Positions 29,087 through 38,941 of a stretch of 64,000 nt of DNA are shown in pieces. Positions within the stretch are counted from its first letter, which is position 1. Every line of letters starts with the position of its first letter. The stretch is from Acidobacteriota bacterium (lineage in GTDB: Bacteria; Acidobacteriota; UBA4820; DSQY01): NCBI GenBank assembly GCA_049968315.1, contig JBMFRA010000007.1:4025-68024 (forward strand), given 5' to 3'. A program made the position numbers and the translations under genes. The notes beneath the pieces were generated by a model that worked only from the letters and a program-made list of their open reading frames with translations, searched no databases and was not told the origin of the DNA.

Positions 29087-30225
29087 GGATCGGCGGGGCC
29101 TTCGTAGACCCGGTGGAGGCGCGGGGAGAGCCCGGTGAGGATCTCGTAGGGGATGGTGCCGGCCCAGCGGGCCCAGTCCCAGGGGTCCAGCCGGGAAGAT
29201 CCCTCCCCGCCCCACAGGACCACCTCCTCCCCCTCCGCCACGCCCTCCACGCCGGTGAGGTCCACGGCGCAGAGGTCCATGGAGACCCGCCCCACCAGCG
29301 GGCAGCGCCGGCCCCGGACCAGGACCTCCCCCCGGTTCCCGAGGCTCCGCGGCAGGCCGTCGGCGTAGCCCACGGGGAGGATCCCCAGCAGGGTCGGCCT
29401 GGGGGTCACGAAGGTCGCCCCGTACCCGACGGGGCTGCCCTCCGGCATCTCCTTGAGCTGGAGAAGCCTCGTCGAGAGGGAGAGGACGGGCCGGAGCCCG
29501 GGGTCGGGAACCTCCCCGGAGGGCCGGAGGCCGAAGAGGGTGAGGCCCGGCCGGACCTGCCGGAGGCGCGTGGCGGGGTGGGCCAGGAGGCCCGCCGAAT
29601 TGGCGAGGTGGACGACGGGGGGCCGGATTCCTTCCTCAGCCAGCCTATGGAGGATGGCGAGAAAGGTCTCCAGCTGGGCGGCGGTCTGGGGGCAGCGGGG
29701 GTCGTCGGCGCTGGCGAGGTTGGAGTAGAGGCCCGCCACCCGGATGCGGGGGCACCTTTGAAGCTCCCGGGCGAGGGAAGGGATCTGCTCGGGGCGGAAA
29801 CCGGCCCGGCCCATCCCCGAATCCACCTTGAGGTGGACCTCCACCTCCTCTCCCAGACCCTCCGCCGCCGCCGCCACCGCCCGGAGAAAGGCCAGGGAGT
29901 ACACCGAAGGGGTGAGGCGCCACCGGAGGAGATCCTCCGCCTGGTCCGGGTCCACTGGGGCCAGGAGGAGTACCGGGGCGCCGATCCCCGCTTGCCGGAG
30001 GGCGATGCCTTCCTCGACGAGGGCGACCCCCAGGGCGTCGGCGCCGCCGCGGAGGACGGCGCGGGAGACGGGGAGGGCCCCGGTACCGTAGGCGTCGGCC
30101 TTCACCACCGCCAGGAGGGAACAGCCGGGGGCGGCGGCCTTCAGGGTTTTCACGTTGTGGATCAGCGCGCCGAGGTCCACCCGGAGGACCGTGGGCCTCC
30201 GGGACGGAAGGTCTTCTTCAGTCAC
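29083..30225 (-). CDS. alr: alanine racemase
   Basis: PLP-lysine motif AVVKADAYGTG and C-terminal motifs VGYADG and RVSMD. GTG 30225 gives an 8-nt overlap with the dnaB end. Confidence 0.92.
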   Translation of the reverse strand: MTEEDLPSRRPTVLRVDLGALIHNVKTLKAAAPGCSLLAVVKADAYGTGALPVSRAVLRGGADALGVALVEEGIALRQAGIGAPVLLLAPVDPDQAEDLLRWRLTPSVYSLAFLRAVAAAAEGLGEEVEVHLKVDSGMGRAGFRPEQIPSLARELQRCPRIRVAGLYSNLASADDPRCPQTAAQLETFLAILHRLAEEGIRPPVVHLANSAGLLAHPATRLRQVRPGLTLFGLRPSGEVPDPGLRPVLSLSTRLLQLKEMPEGSPVGYGATFVTPRPTLLGILPVGYADGLPRSLGNRGEVLVRGRRCPLVGRVSMDLCAVDLTGVEGVAEGEEVVLWGGEGSSRLDPWDWARWAGTIPYEILTGLSPRLHRVYEGPADP

Positions 30226-31618
30226 CGGTTTCCTCCAGCCGCTCTTCCGACGGATCGGCGAACTGGGCACGCTCGGGGAGGTAGACCAGCTCGAAGGCGT
30301 CGGTGGGGCCGTTCCGCTGTTTCGCCAGGATGACCTTGGCCCGGTTCCGAAGGTCCTGTTCCTCGTCCCGGGCCACCACCTGCCGGTGCAGGAGAATGAC
30401 CACGTCGGCGTCCTGCTCCAGCGAACCCGAGTCCCGGAGGTCCGAGAGGACCGGCTCCTTGCCCTCCCCCCGCTTCTCCACCGACCGGGAGAGCTGGGAG
30501 AGGGCGATGAGGGGCACCTTCAGGTCCTTGGCCAGGGACTTGAGGGAGCGGGAGATGAGGCTCACCTCCTGGTTTCGGTTCTCCGCCTTCCCCGCCGGCT
30601 TGATCAGCTGGAGGTAGTCCACGATCACCAGGTCCAGCTTCTGGGAACTCCTCAGGCGCCGCAGCTTGGAGCCCATCTCCAGCACCGTCTGGGCGGCGGT
30701 GTCGTCGATGAAGATCGGCAGGCGGGCCAGCTCTTCGATCTTGAGCCCCGCCTCGGCCAACTGGGCCTTCTGGAGCTTCCCGGCCCGCAGCCTCAGGAGG
30801 TTAAAGCCCGTGGCCATGGAGAGGAGGCGGAAGAAGATCTGCTCGGCGCTCATCTCGAGGCTGAAGAAAGCCACGGCCCCGCCGTGGCGGGCCACGTTGA
30901 GGGCGATGGAGAGGGCGAAGGCGGTCTTCCCCACCGAAGGCCGGGCGGCCAGGAGAATGAGGTCCGAAGGCTGGAAGCCGGAGGTCATCTCGTCCAGCCG
31001 GTGGAAGCGGGTGGCGACGCCGGTGACGTGGGCCTGGTCCTTGGCCAGCTGCTGGAGGCGCCGGGCCCCCTCCACCGCCAGGTCCCGCATGGGCGTCAGG
31101 GTGGAGCGGAGGGACTGGTCCCCCAGTTCCAGGATCCGCTGCTCGGCCCGGGCCAGGATCTCCTCCGGCTCCTGGCCCGATCCGTAGGCCTCGGCGATGA
31201 TCCCGCTGGCCCGCTCGATGAGCTGGCGGAGGAGGGAGCGCCCGCGCACGATCTCGACGTAGTGGGCCAGGGAGGAGAGGCGGGGGATTCCGGTGGCCAG
31301 GTCGGAGACGTACTCGGCCCCCCCCGCGGCCTCCAGGAGGCCCCGGGTTTGTAACCATTCGGTAACAGTGACGAGGGTGATGGGGCGGTTGGTCTCCCGG
31401 AGGTCGGCGAAGGCACCGTAGATCTTCCGGTGGGACGGGAGGGAGAAGTCGTCGGCCTTGAGGGACTCGTGGGCCTCGTCGAAGAGGCGGTCCTGGACGA
31501 GGATGGCGCCCAGCAGGGCCCGCTCGGCCTCCAGGTTGGCCGGCAGATCCTCCTGCTTGAGGAGGTCGGTGACGCGGCGGACCGTTCCGCCGCGCCCGCC
31601 CGCGGACGGTTCTTTCAT
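30218..31618 (-). CDS. dnaB: replicative DNA helicase DnaB
   Basis: N-terminal LEAERALLGAILV and Walker A AARPSVGKTAFAL. 466 aa, no intein. ATG 31618 has SD GGGAGGAA upstream. Confidence 0.96.
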   Translation of the reverse strand: MKEPSAGGRGGTVRRVTDLLKQEDLPANLEAERALLGAILVQDRLFDEAHESLKADDFSLPSHRKIYGAFADLRETNRPITLVTVTEWLQTRGLLEAAGGAEYVSDLATGIPRLSSLAHYVEIVRGRSLLRQLIERASGIIAEAYGSGQEPEEILARAEQRILELGDQSLRSTLTPMRDLAVEGARRLQQLAKDQAHVTGVATRFHRLDEMTSGFQPSDLILLAARPSVGKTAFALSIALNVARHGGAVAFFSLEMSAEQIFFRLLSMATGFNLLRLRAGKLQKAQLAEAGLKIEELARLPIFIDDTAAQTVLEMGSKLRRLRSSQKLDLVIVDYLQLIKPAGKAENRNQEVSLISRSLKSLAKDLKVPLIALSQLSRSVEKRGEGKEPVLSDLRDSGSLEQDADVVILLHRQVVARDEEQDLRNRAKVILAKQRNGPTDAFELVYLPERAQFADPSEERLEETGD

Positions 31619-31782
31619 TGCGCCGTTCCTCCCCGGTGGCCTCCCGCCCCAGGAGGGCGGGCAAGCCCCGCCACCATACCACCGCCATGGGCCGCCGGCA
31701 AGGCGGGGACCGCCCCCCCTTGCACCGGGAGGGGCGGTGGAATAAAATGGCCCCAAGTGGAAGGGGTAGGGGAAAAATGCAC

Positions 31783-31811
31783 TTGACTTTCGGCTTCTCG
31801 TTCGATATGTT
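31783..31811 (+). promoter_or_regulatory. sigma-70 type promoter candidate for the pil operon
   Basis: TTGACT, a 17-nt spacer, then TATGTT, in the only markedly AT-rich intergenic stretch, 55 nt upstream of the pilM start. Confidence 0.5.
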
Positions 31812-31866
31812 AAACAAGAGCATTAACTTTGGGGGCTTTTAGGCGCTTTCGAAAGGGGAAACGAAG

Positions 31867-32925
31867 GTGTTCTTTGGAAAGAGCAAAAACCTGTTGGGCC
31901 TGGACATCGGCTCCTCCGCCGTCAAGATGGTGGAGCTGAAGGATCTGGGTAAGGGGAAAGGCTACCAACTGAAGGCCTTCGGCATCGAACCGCTCCCTCA
32001 AGAGGCCATCGTGGGTGGCACCATCATGGACTCCGGCGCCGTCATCGACGCCGTCATGCGCCTGGTGCGCGACAAGGGGGTCAAGAACTTCAACGTGGCC
32101 ACCTCGGTGGACGGCAACTCGGTGATCGTCAAGCGGATCTCCATGACCGCCATGAGCGACGCCGAGCTCAGGGAGGCCATCCAGTGGGAGGCGGGGCAGT
32201 ACATCCCCTTCGATATCGAGGAGGTCAAGATCGACCACCAGGTCCTGGAGACCGACCCCGCCACGGGGAACCTGAGCGTCCTCCTGGTGGCGGTCAAGCG
32301 GGACCTCATCAGCGAGTACACCTCCATCCTCGGACAGGCGGGGCTGTCGGTCTCGGTCCTCGATCTGGACGTCTTTTCCATCCAGAACGCCTTCGAGGTG
32401 AACTACCCCATCCGGGGCGGCGAGGTGACCGCCCTCGTGAACATCGGGGCGGGCACCACCAACATCTGCGTCCTCAAGGGGGACACCCCCCTCTTCTGGC
32501 GGGACATCCAGGCCGGGGGCAACAACTACACCGACACCCTCCAGCGGGAGCTGAACCTCACCTTCGACCAGGCGGAGGCCCTCAAGCGGGGCGAGCCGGT
32601 CCAAGGGATGCGGCCCGAGCAGGCCACCCCCATCCTCAACGCCATGACCGAGGAGTTCGGGGCGGACCTCAAGAAGTCCCTGGACTTCTTCAAGGTGACC
32701 ACCGGCGAGTCCACCCTCCACCGGATCATCCTCTCGGGCGGGGGGTGCCAGGTGGCCAACCTGGACCGCTACCTGAGCCAGTTCTTCGGCGTTCCCGTGG
32801 AGGTGATGAACCCCTTCCAGAACATCACCGTGGACGAGAGGCAGTTCCCCATGGACACCCTGACCCGCCTGGCTCCCCACTTCGGGGTTGCGGTGGGTCT
32901 GGCCTTGCGCAAGATGGGGGATTAA
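31867..32925 (+). CDS. pilM: type IV pilus assembly protein PilM
   Basis: Actin-like ATPase fold. N-terminus FGKSKNLLGLDIGSSAVKMVEL is typical of PilM. GTG start. Confidence 0.93.
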   Translation: MFFGKSKNLLGLDIGSSAVKMVELKDLGKGKGYQLKAFGIEPLPQEAIVGGTIMDSGAVIDAVMRLVRDKGVKNFNVATSVDGNSVIVKRISMTAMSDAELREAIQWEAGQYIPFDIEEVKIDHQVLETDPATGNLSVLLVAVKRDLISEYTSILGQAGLSVSVLDLDVFSIQNAFEVNYPIRGGEVTALVNIGAGTTNICVLKGDTPLFWRDIQAGGNNYTDTLQRELNLTFDQAEALKRGEPVQGMRPEQATPILNAMTEEFGADLKKSLDFFKVTTGESTLHRIILSGGGCQVANLDRYLSQFFGVPVEVMNPFQNITVDERQFPMDTLTRLAPHFGVAVGLALRKMGD

Positions 32926-33597
32926 ATGATTCGGATCAATCTGCTCCGAGAAGGGCAAGCCAAGAAGGGGGCCGGGGCGCCAAGACCGGCGGCACCGGCG
33001 GTCCCCGGAGAGGAAGCGCCCCTCTGGGGGGTCTACGTGACCCTCGTCCTCGTCACGGTGGTGGCGACCCTCGGGTATGGAGGCTGGCTCGTCCTCCAGA
33101 ACCGGAACATGGCCGCCAAGATCGAGGAACAGAAGATCGAGCTGAAGAAGTACGAGGGGGCCCGGGAGAAGGTCGCCGAACTGGAGAAGCGGAAACAGGA
33201 GTACGCCTCCAAGGTGGACCAGATCAAGCAGCTCAAGGACCAGCAGAGCATCCCCGTCAAGCTCATGAACCGCCTGGTGGAGATCCTTCCGGAGGGTGCC
33301 TGGTACACCGGCGTCACCCAGGACGACAAAGACAACAAGAGCATGCTCCTCAAGGGGATGGCCAAGAGCATCAAGACCGTCTCCACCCTCTACGACAACG
33401 CCGTGGCCACGCCGGAGTTCGCCGAGGTCCGCCTGGGGGAGGTCCAGCAGCAGGGCGGCGCGGAGGAGCTCTACAGCTTCGAGCTCAAGATGCAGTACGT
33501 CCCCGCCGGGATCCAGCCCAAGCCCGAGGCCCCCAAGCCCCAGGCGGCGCCGGCCCGGACGAAGAAAAAGGCCGACGATTCGGGCGGGATGGAGTAG
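32926..33597 (+). CDS. pilN: type IV pilus assembly protein PilN
   Basis: MIRINLL N-terminus, a single TM helix and a coiled coil. TAAATG junction with pilM. Confidence 0.85.
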   Translation: MIRINLLREGQAKKGAGAPRPAAPAVPGEEAPLWGVYVTLVLVTVVATLGYGGWLVLQNRNMAAKIEEQKIELKKYEGAREKVAELEKRKQEYASKVDQIKQLKDQQSIPVKLMNRLVEILPEGAWYTGVTQDDKDNKSMLLKGMAKSIKTVSTLYDNAVATPEFAEVRLGEVQQQGGAEELYSFELKMQYVPAGIQPKPEAPKPQAAPARTKKKADDSGGME

Positions 33598-33607
33598 GAG
33601 GACCCCC

Positions 33608-34186
33608 ATGGAGCAGTTCACCAAACTCCCCAAGTGGGGCCAGCTGGTCGTCACCCTCCTCTTCTGCGGTCTCTTCTTCGGGGCGGCCTGGTTCCTCTTC
33701 CTTTCGGACCAGCGGACCACGCTGCAGAGCCGCCGCCAGGAGAGCGAGCAACTGGAGGGGCAGATCCAGCAGGGCCGTGAAGCCCTCCGGCGGGTGGAGG
33801 AGCTCAACCGCCAGATCGAGCTCATCGCCCGGGACCTGGAGGTCCTCAAGTCCATCATCCCGGTGGAGCCCGAGACCGGAAAGCTCCTGCGGGTCTTCCA
33901 GAGTTACGCCCGGGACCAGAACCTGGGTATCTACCGGATCTCCCCCCAGGACATCGCCAAGCACGAGCTGTACTCCGAGCAGGGGTACGCCTTGGAGGTG
34001 GGGGGCGGCTACCACGATCTGGCCCTCTTCTTCGACAAGATCGCCCACATGCGCCGGATCGTGAACATCGCCGGCCTCCAGATGAGCGCGGACCAGCGGA
34101 AGGGCGGCACCATCACCGCCAAGTTCCGATCGGTGGTCTACATGCAGAACCCGGAAGCCTTCCAGGGGTTGGAGAAGAAGTCATGA
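33608..34186 (+). CDS. pilO: type IV pilus assembly protein PilO
   Basis: 192 aa with an N-terminal TM helix, a coiled coil and a ferredoxin-like C-terminus. Position between pilN and pilP. Confidence 0.85.
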   Translation: MEQFTKLPKWGQLVVTLLFCGLFFGAAWFLFLSDQRTTLQSRRQESEQLEGQIQQGREALRRVEELNRQIELIARDLEVLKSIIPVEPETGKLLRVFQSYARDQNLGIYRISPQDIAKHELYSEQGYALEVGGGYHDLALFFDKIAHMRRIVNIAGLQMSADQRKGGTITAKFRSVVYMQNPEAFQGLEKKS

Positions 34187-34743
34187 GAAGAGGGGTGGTT
34201 TGGACGGGCCTGTGGGGCCTCGCGCTCCTGGCGGCGGTCCCCGCCTTGGCCCAGGACCCGGTGAAGACCCTGCAGAGGGTGGACGCCCAGGTGGGAGCGC
34301 CGGCCCCGGCCGCCGCTCCGGCGCCCGCTCCCTCCGGTGTGGCGGGGGGCCCCGAGGACAACATGCTCCTCGAGGGGGAAAGCCTCTATAAACACCGCAA
34401 CGAACGGGATCCCTTCACCCCCTTGGTTCGCGGCGCCGCCGGCGCGGCGGGGGAGGTGAAGGTGAAGTTCGGTACCACGGGCCTGGCCCGGTTCACCGTC
34501 GAATCCTGCGCCCTGGAGGCCATCCTGGACCTCGGCGGCAAGGCGGTGGCCTGGTTCCAGGGGCCCGACGGGAAGCCTTACAAGGCCACCACGGGAGAGC
34601 ACTTCGCCGACGGCGTCGTTCTGGAGGTGAACTACGCCACCGGAGAGGTGGTCGTCCAGCAGGAGCTGAACGACCCCACGGCCATCAAGCCTTTCCGTAA
34701 CCTGGTTCTCAAGATCCGGAGCCAAGAAGGGGAGGGACAATGA
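34183..34743 (+). CDS. pilP: PilP-like pilus assembly protein
   Basis: Signal peptide and conserved RDPFTPL motif. ATGA overlaps with both pilO and pilQ. Confidence 0.7.
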   Translation: MRRGVVWTGLWGLALLAAVPALAQDPVKTLQRVDAQVGAPAPAAAPAPAPSGVAGGPEDNMLLEGESLYKHRNERDPFTPLVRGAAGAAGEVKVKFGTTGLARFTVESCALEAILDLGGKAVAWFQGPDGKPYKATTGEHFADGVVLEVNYATGEVVVQQELNDPTAIKPFRNLVLKIRSQEGEGQ

Positions 34744-37220
34744 ACAAGCGCACGGCCCTTTTGACGGCGGTTCTTGGTCTTCTGGCCGGAATGGTCGTCC
34801 TGGCCGCCGACGCCCCGTCGGCGGAACTGAACGTACTCAGCGACCTGTTCAGCCGGAACCAGGACGGGCAGGTGGTGGTCGGGGTGGTGGGCACCTACCC
34901 CATTCTCGATTACACCTACTACGACTACGATCCGGAGACCTTCGTGGTGGACATGGCCGACGTGGACGTCTCCCGGCTTCCCAAGAGCCTGGAGGTCCAG
35001 TCCGGCGGCGTGCGGACCGTGAAGGTGCAGGCCATCAGCCAGGGGAAGGGCAGGGCCCTGGCCAAGCTGGAGATCCAGAAGGCCTACCTCTCCAAGTGCC
35101 TGGTCTCCACCGAGGGGAACCGCCTGCTGATCAAGGTGGTGGGCGGCCCCGGCGGGCCAGCGGCCCCTGCGGCCCCTTCCTCGGAGGCGGGCACCCTTCG
35201 GACCCCGGCGCCGGCCCCGCCCGCGCCGGCGCCTGCGCCCGCGGAGAGCCCCCGGGAGGCCACGCGCCTCTTGGGGGTGGCCGTCTCCGAGGACGGGTCG
35301 GCGGTCCTCATCGCCGCCGACGGGACCCCCAAGTTCAAGTACTTCACCATGGGGGGCCCCGCCCGGATCGTGGTGGACCTCTACGGCATCCAGAAGGGGA
35401 AGGTCCCCTCGGTGGTTTCCGGCGCCGGTGACGTGGAGAAGGTTCGGGTGGCCCTCCTCCAAAGCCAGCCGCTGGTCACCCGGGTGGTGCTGGACCTCAA
35501 GAAGCCCCTGAAGCCGGCGTCGGTGCTGGCGGAGGGGACCCAGCTTCGGGTGGTCCTCAACGAGACGCCTCTGGAGGCCGCCCGGGAACCGGAAGCGCCG
35601 GCGGGCACCCCGGAGAAGGCCGCCTCCGCCGAGCAGGCCCAGGCCCTCCCCGCTCCCCCCGAGACCCCGGCCCCCGCGCCGGAGGCGGCGGCGGCCCCCG
35701 CCCCCGAGGAGCAGGCCCAGGCTCCCACCGCGCCGAAGGCAGCGGCCTCCCCTGCGGCCCCGGAGACCCTGGACAACGTCAAGGTGGACCTCTCGCCCCT
35801 CTCTCCCGGAGGAAGCCGGGAGTTCAAGGGCTACGAGGACCTCTTCGTGGCCGAGGACACCTCCGCCCCGGCGGCGGAGGGCAAGACCCTCGTCGCCGGG
35901 GGGGTGCCCCTCTCCTTCAAGGAGAAGACCATCAGCGGCGGCGGGGCCAAGTACACCGGAGAGCCCATCTCCATGAGCCTCAAGGACGCCGACATCAAGG
36001 ACGTCCTCCGGGTCTTCCACGACATCTCCAAGCTCAACATCGTGGTCCACCCCGCCGTCTCGGGGAAGGTGACGGTGGACTTGGAGAACGTGCCGTGGGA
36101 CCAAGCCATGGACATCGTCCTTAAGAACAACGGCCTGGACTACGTCTACGAGAACAACGTCATCTGGGTGGCGCAGGCCCAGGAGATCGCCCGGAAGTTC
36201 GCCGAGCAGCAGCGGATGCAGAAGGAGAAGCTGCTGGCGGAGGAGCCGGTGACCTTCACCAAACGCCTCTCCTACGCCAAGGCCCAGCGGATGGAGACCA
36301 TCGCCCAGAAGTTCCTCAGCGAGCGGGGTTCCATCATCATCGACGAGCGGACCAACACCCTCATCATCCAGGAGGTCCCCTCCAAGAAGGCCGGCCTGCT
36401 CAAACTCATCGAATCCCTCGACACCGCGACGCCGCAGGTCCTCATCGAGGCCCGGATCGTGGAGTCCAACATCACCTGGACCCAGTCCTTCGGCATCACC
36501 TGGAGCGGCAACTGGTACACCGGCATGGACAACGCCGGCAAGGTGATCACCACCCAGGGCGGCACCACCGGCTCCGGCCCCGCCGGCGTCTACTCCCTCC
36601 ACAACTTCCGCAACCAGACGGGCTTCCCCAACTTCGGGACCGGCGACTTCGCCGTTTCCCTCCCGCCCACCGCCAGCAACGGCTTCATCGACCTCGTCCT
36701 CGGCAACGTCACCGGCTCCTTCTTCCTCGACGTTCGCCTGGCGGCCCTGGAGAACACCGGAAGGGCCCGGGTCCTCTCGGCCCCCCGCGTCGTGACCCAG
36801 GACAACGAAAAGGCCAGCATCGAGTCGGGCCGGCAGATCCCCATCCGCGTGGCCACCACCGACAAGATCTCCGTGATCTTCGTCAACGCCACGCTGAAGC
36901 TGGACGTCACCCCCCAGATCTCCGCCGACGGAAACGTCAACATGACGGTGGACATCACCAACGACTCGGTGGACTTCGCCAACGCCGAGCCGGGCAACCC
37001 GCCGCCCATCATCAAGAAGGAGGCCAAGACGGTCCTCAAGGTGCGGGACGGCCAGACGGCGGTCATCGGCGGCGTCTTCGTGACCAACGAGGGCATCTCC
37101 CAGAACGGCCTGCCCTTCTTCTCCAAGATCCCCGTCCTCGGCTGGCTGTTCAAGAACCGGTCCAAGACCAAGACCAACGACGAACTCCTGATCTTCCTCA
37201 CGCCCAAGATCGTCAGGTAG
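34740..37220 (+). CDS. pilQ: type IV pilus secretin PilQ with two AMIN domains
   Basis: Signal peptide, two AMIN-like domains separated by Pro/Ala linkers, an N0/N1 region (VSGKVTVDLENVPWDQAMDIVLKNNGL) and a secretin C-domain (IPVLGWLFKNRSK...DELLIFLTPKIV). Confidence 0.95.
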   Translation: MNKRTALLTAVLGLLAGMVVLAADAPSAELNVLSDLFSRNQDGQVVVGVVGTYPILDYTYYDYDPETFVVDMADVDVSRLPKSLEVQSGGVRTVKVQAISQGKGRALAKLEIQKAYLSKCLVSTEGNRLLIKVVGGPGGPAAPAAPSSEAGTLRTPAPAPPAPAPAPAESPREATRLLGVAVSEDGSAVLIAADGTPKFKYFTMGGPARIVVDLYGIQKGKVPSVVSGAGDVEKVRVALLQSQPLVTRVVLDLKKPLKPASVLAEGTQLRVVLNETPLEAAREPEAPAGTPEKAASAEQAQALPAPPETPAPAPEAAAAPAPEEQAQAPTAPKAAASPAAPETLDNVKVDLSPLSPGGSREFKGYEDLFVAEDTSAPAAEGKTLVAGGVPLSFKEKTISGGGAKYTGEPISMSLKDADIKDVLRVFHDISKLNIVVHPAVSGKVTVDLENVPWDQAMDIVLKNNGLDYVYENNVIWVAQAQEIARKFAEQQRMQKEKLLAEEPVTFTKRLSYAKAQRMETIAQKFLSERGSIIIDERTNTLIIQEVPSKKAGLLKLIESLDTATPQVLIEARIVESNITWTQSFGITWSGNWYTGMDNAGKVITTQGGTTGSGPAGVYSLHNFRNQTGFPNFGTGDFAVSLPPTASNGFIDLVLGNVTGSFFLDVRLAALENTGRARVLSAPRVVTQDNEKASIESGRQIPIRVATTDKISVIFVNATLKLDVTPQISADGNVNMTVDITNDSVDFANAEPGNPPPIIKKEAKTVLKVRDGQTAVIGGVFVTNEGISQNGLPFFSKIPVLGWLFKNRSKTKTNDELLIFLTPKIVR

Positions 37221-37226
37221 GAGTGC

Positions 37227-37760
37227 ATGAAAAAAAAAAGGTTCCCGCACGGCGCCGTCCTCCTCGTGATCTTCTCCGCCCTGCTCCTCTCGGGGTGCGG
37301 GAGCGATAAGAACCTCAACCCCGTCGCCGATCTGATCTACCGAGGGGCGGATCCCTCCACGGCCAACGTGGGGGTGAATCCGCCCCTGACGCATCTCGCC
37401 TACTTCCTCTTCGACGTCAAGCTGAGCGACCCCAACCTCTCCATGGTGGGAAGCGACGCCTGGACGGTGGACCGGGTGGAGAAGCACTACGTCCTCGTGA
37501 GCGACCCCGGGCGCCACCTCACGGCCCTTCCGGAAGACGAGACACAGAAGCTCAAATCCAAGGTGAGCCCGGGGACTACCGCCCGGGTCGCGGTCAACGT
37601 GGTGACCGACACCTACCTCCTGGAGAACGCCCAGGACTTCATCGGCACCTCCGACTCGGCCCGGGTGAAGCTTCGCCTCACCTTCCACGCCCACCGGAAC
37701 AAAGACGGGGCACCCAAGGTGGTGCAGGCGTCGTACTTCTTCAACATCGGGAACTACTGA
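37227..37760 (+). CDS. lipoprotein of unknown function, immediately downstream of pilQ
   Basis: Lipobox LLLSGC after a basic MKKKR N-terminus. 177 aa, G/C third-position bias. No family recognised. Confidence 0.75.
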   Translation: MKKKRFPHGAVLLVIFSALLLSGCGSDKNLNPVADLIYRGADPSTANVGVNPPLTHLAYFLFDVKLSDPNLSMVGSDAWTVDRVEKHYVLVSDPGRHLTALPEDETQKLKSKVSPGTTARVAVNVVTDTYLLENAQDFIGTSDSARVKLRLTFHAHRNKDGAPKVVQASYFFNIGNY

Positions 37761-38941
37761 TGGTCCAGGACCTGGGCGCCCTCGAGCAGGAGGTGCGGCG
37801 CGACCCCCGGATGCGCCGCTTCCACGAGCTCGCCCGGGAGTACCAGCGGCTGGGCCGCATGGACGAGGCGGCGGCCCTCTGCGAGAAGGGGCTGGCCCTC
37901 AACCCCAACCAGTGGCAGGCCCGGAACCTCTTGGCCCAGATCTACTTGGCCAAGGGCCGCTTCGACGAGGCCCGGGTCCAGGTGGAGAAGGTCCTCCTGG
38001 CCCTCCCGGACAACGTCCCGGCCAACCACCTGGCCGCCGACCTTTACTACGCCATGGGGGACCGGGAGCGGGCCCTCCGGCACTACAAGGTGGTGGACCT
38101 CTTCGACCCCGGCCGGACCAACGTCGCGGAGCGCCTCAAAGAACTGGAGCAGGTCGAAGGGCCAGAGGCCCCGGCCTCCGAAGCTCCCGCACAGGAGAAG
38201 GCCCCCATGGCGGAGGGGCCTGGGCCGGCCCCGACCCCGGAAGAGGTCTTTCCGGCGGAGGGGGAGGCTTCGGAGGTTCTTGCGGCCGAGGCGCCGGAGG
38301 CGGACGTCTTTCCCCCATCGGCTCCGGAGGCCCTCCCCGAACCGGCGGCTCTGCCCTCCGCAGGGGAAGTGGTGGCCGAAGCGGCGACGCTCTCCCCACC
38401 GGCCGAGGGCGCCGGGGAGCCGCTTCCCGCCGGCGAAGGGGGCGCAGAGGGCGCCAAGCCGGTGGCGGAGGAGGCCTCCTTTCTGGATCTGCTCGACGAG
38501 GGGCGGCAGGAGGAGGCCCCCGCCGGCCCTCCGGAGGCAGAGGCAACCCTGCTGGAAGACACCGAGAAGGACGAGACCCTGCTCTCCTCCGACGATACCC
38601 AGGAAGCGGTGCTGGAGCTGGAAGGGACTCCGGCGCCGGGGGGGGACGGCGAGGAGTTGGAAGCGCCGGCCCCGGCCTTCAACACCGTCACCCTGGCCCA
38701 GCTCTACGAATCCCAGGGGTACCCGGAGAAGGCCGTGGAGGTCTACCAGCGGATCCTCCTGAGGGAGCCGGACAACGCCGAGGTGCGGGAGAAGGTCCGC
38801 GCCCTCCTGCGCCGGATGGCGGGAGAGGCCCCGGAGGCCCCGGCGGTCCAAGAGGAAGACGTCCGAAAGGCGCTCCGCAGGAGGCGCATCGAGGTCCTGG
38901 AGGGATGGCTCCGCCGTGTGAGGGAGGGCTCCCATGTTTAG
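37760..38941 (+). CDS. TPR-repeat protein with long acidic Pro/Ala/Glu-rich central region
   Basis: N-terminal TPRs (AREYQRLGRMDEAAALCEKGLALNPN...), about 200 aa of low complexity, and a C-terminal TPR-like motif (LAQLYESQGYPEKAVEVYQRILLREPDN). TGATG coupling to the lipoprotein gene. Confidence 0.8.
   Translation: MVQDLGALEQEVRRDPRMRRFHELAREYQRLGRMDEAAALCEKGLALNPNQWQARNLLAQIYLAKGRFDEARVQVEKVLLALPDNVPANHLAADLYYAMGDRERALRHYKVVDLFDPGRTNVAERLKELEQVEGPEAPASEAPAQEKAPMAEGPGPAPTPEEVFPAEGEASEVLAAEAPEADVFPPSAPEALPEPAALPSAGEVVAEAATLSPPAEGAGEPLPAGEGGAEGAKPVAEEASFLDLLDEGRQEEAPAGPPEAEATLLEDTEKDETLLSSDDTQEAVLELEGTPAPGGDGEELEAPAPAFNTVTLAQLYESQGYPEKAVEVYQRILLREPDNAEVREKVRALLRRMAGEAPEAPAVQEEDVRKALRRRRIEVLEGWLRRVREGSHV

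Noticed and set aside
31619-31866. Replication origin next to dnaB (AT-rich patch)
   Set aside because: I found no TTATCCACA-like DnaA boxes or AT-rich 13-mers by eye. The AT-rich patch is better explained by a sigma-70 type promoter for pilM.
34632-37694. 1020-aa ORF antisense to pilQ
   Set aside because: Same shadow-frame composition as the other antisense ORFs. The sense strand encodes a complete secretin with AMIN, N0/N1 and secretin domains.
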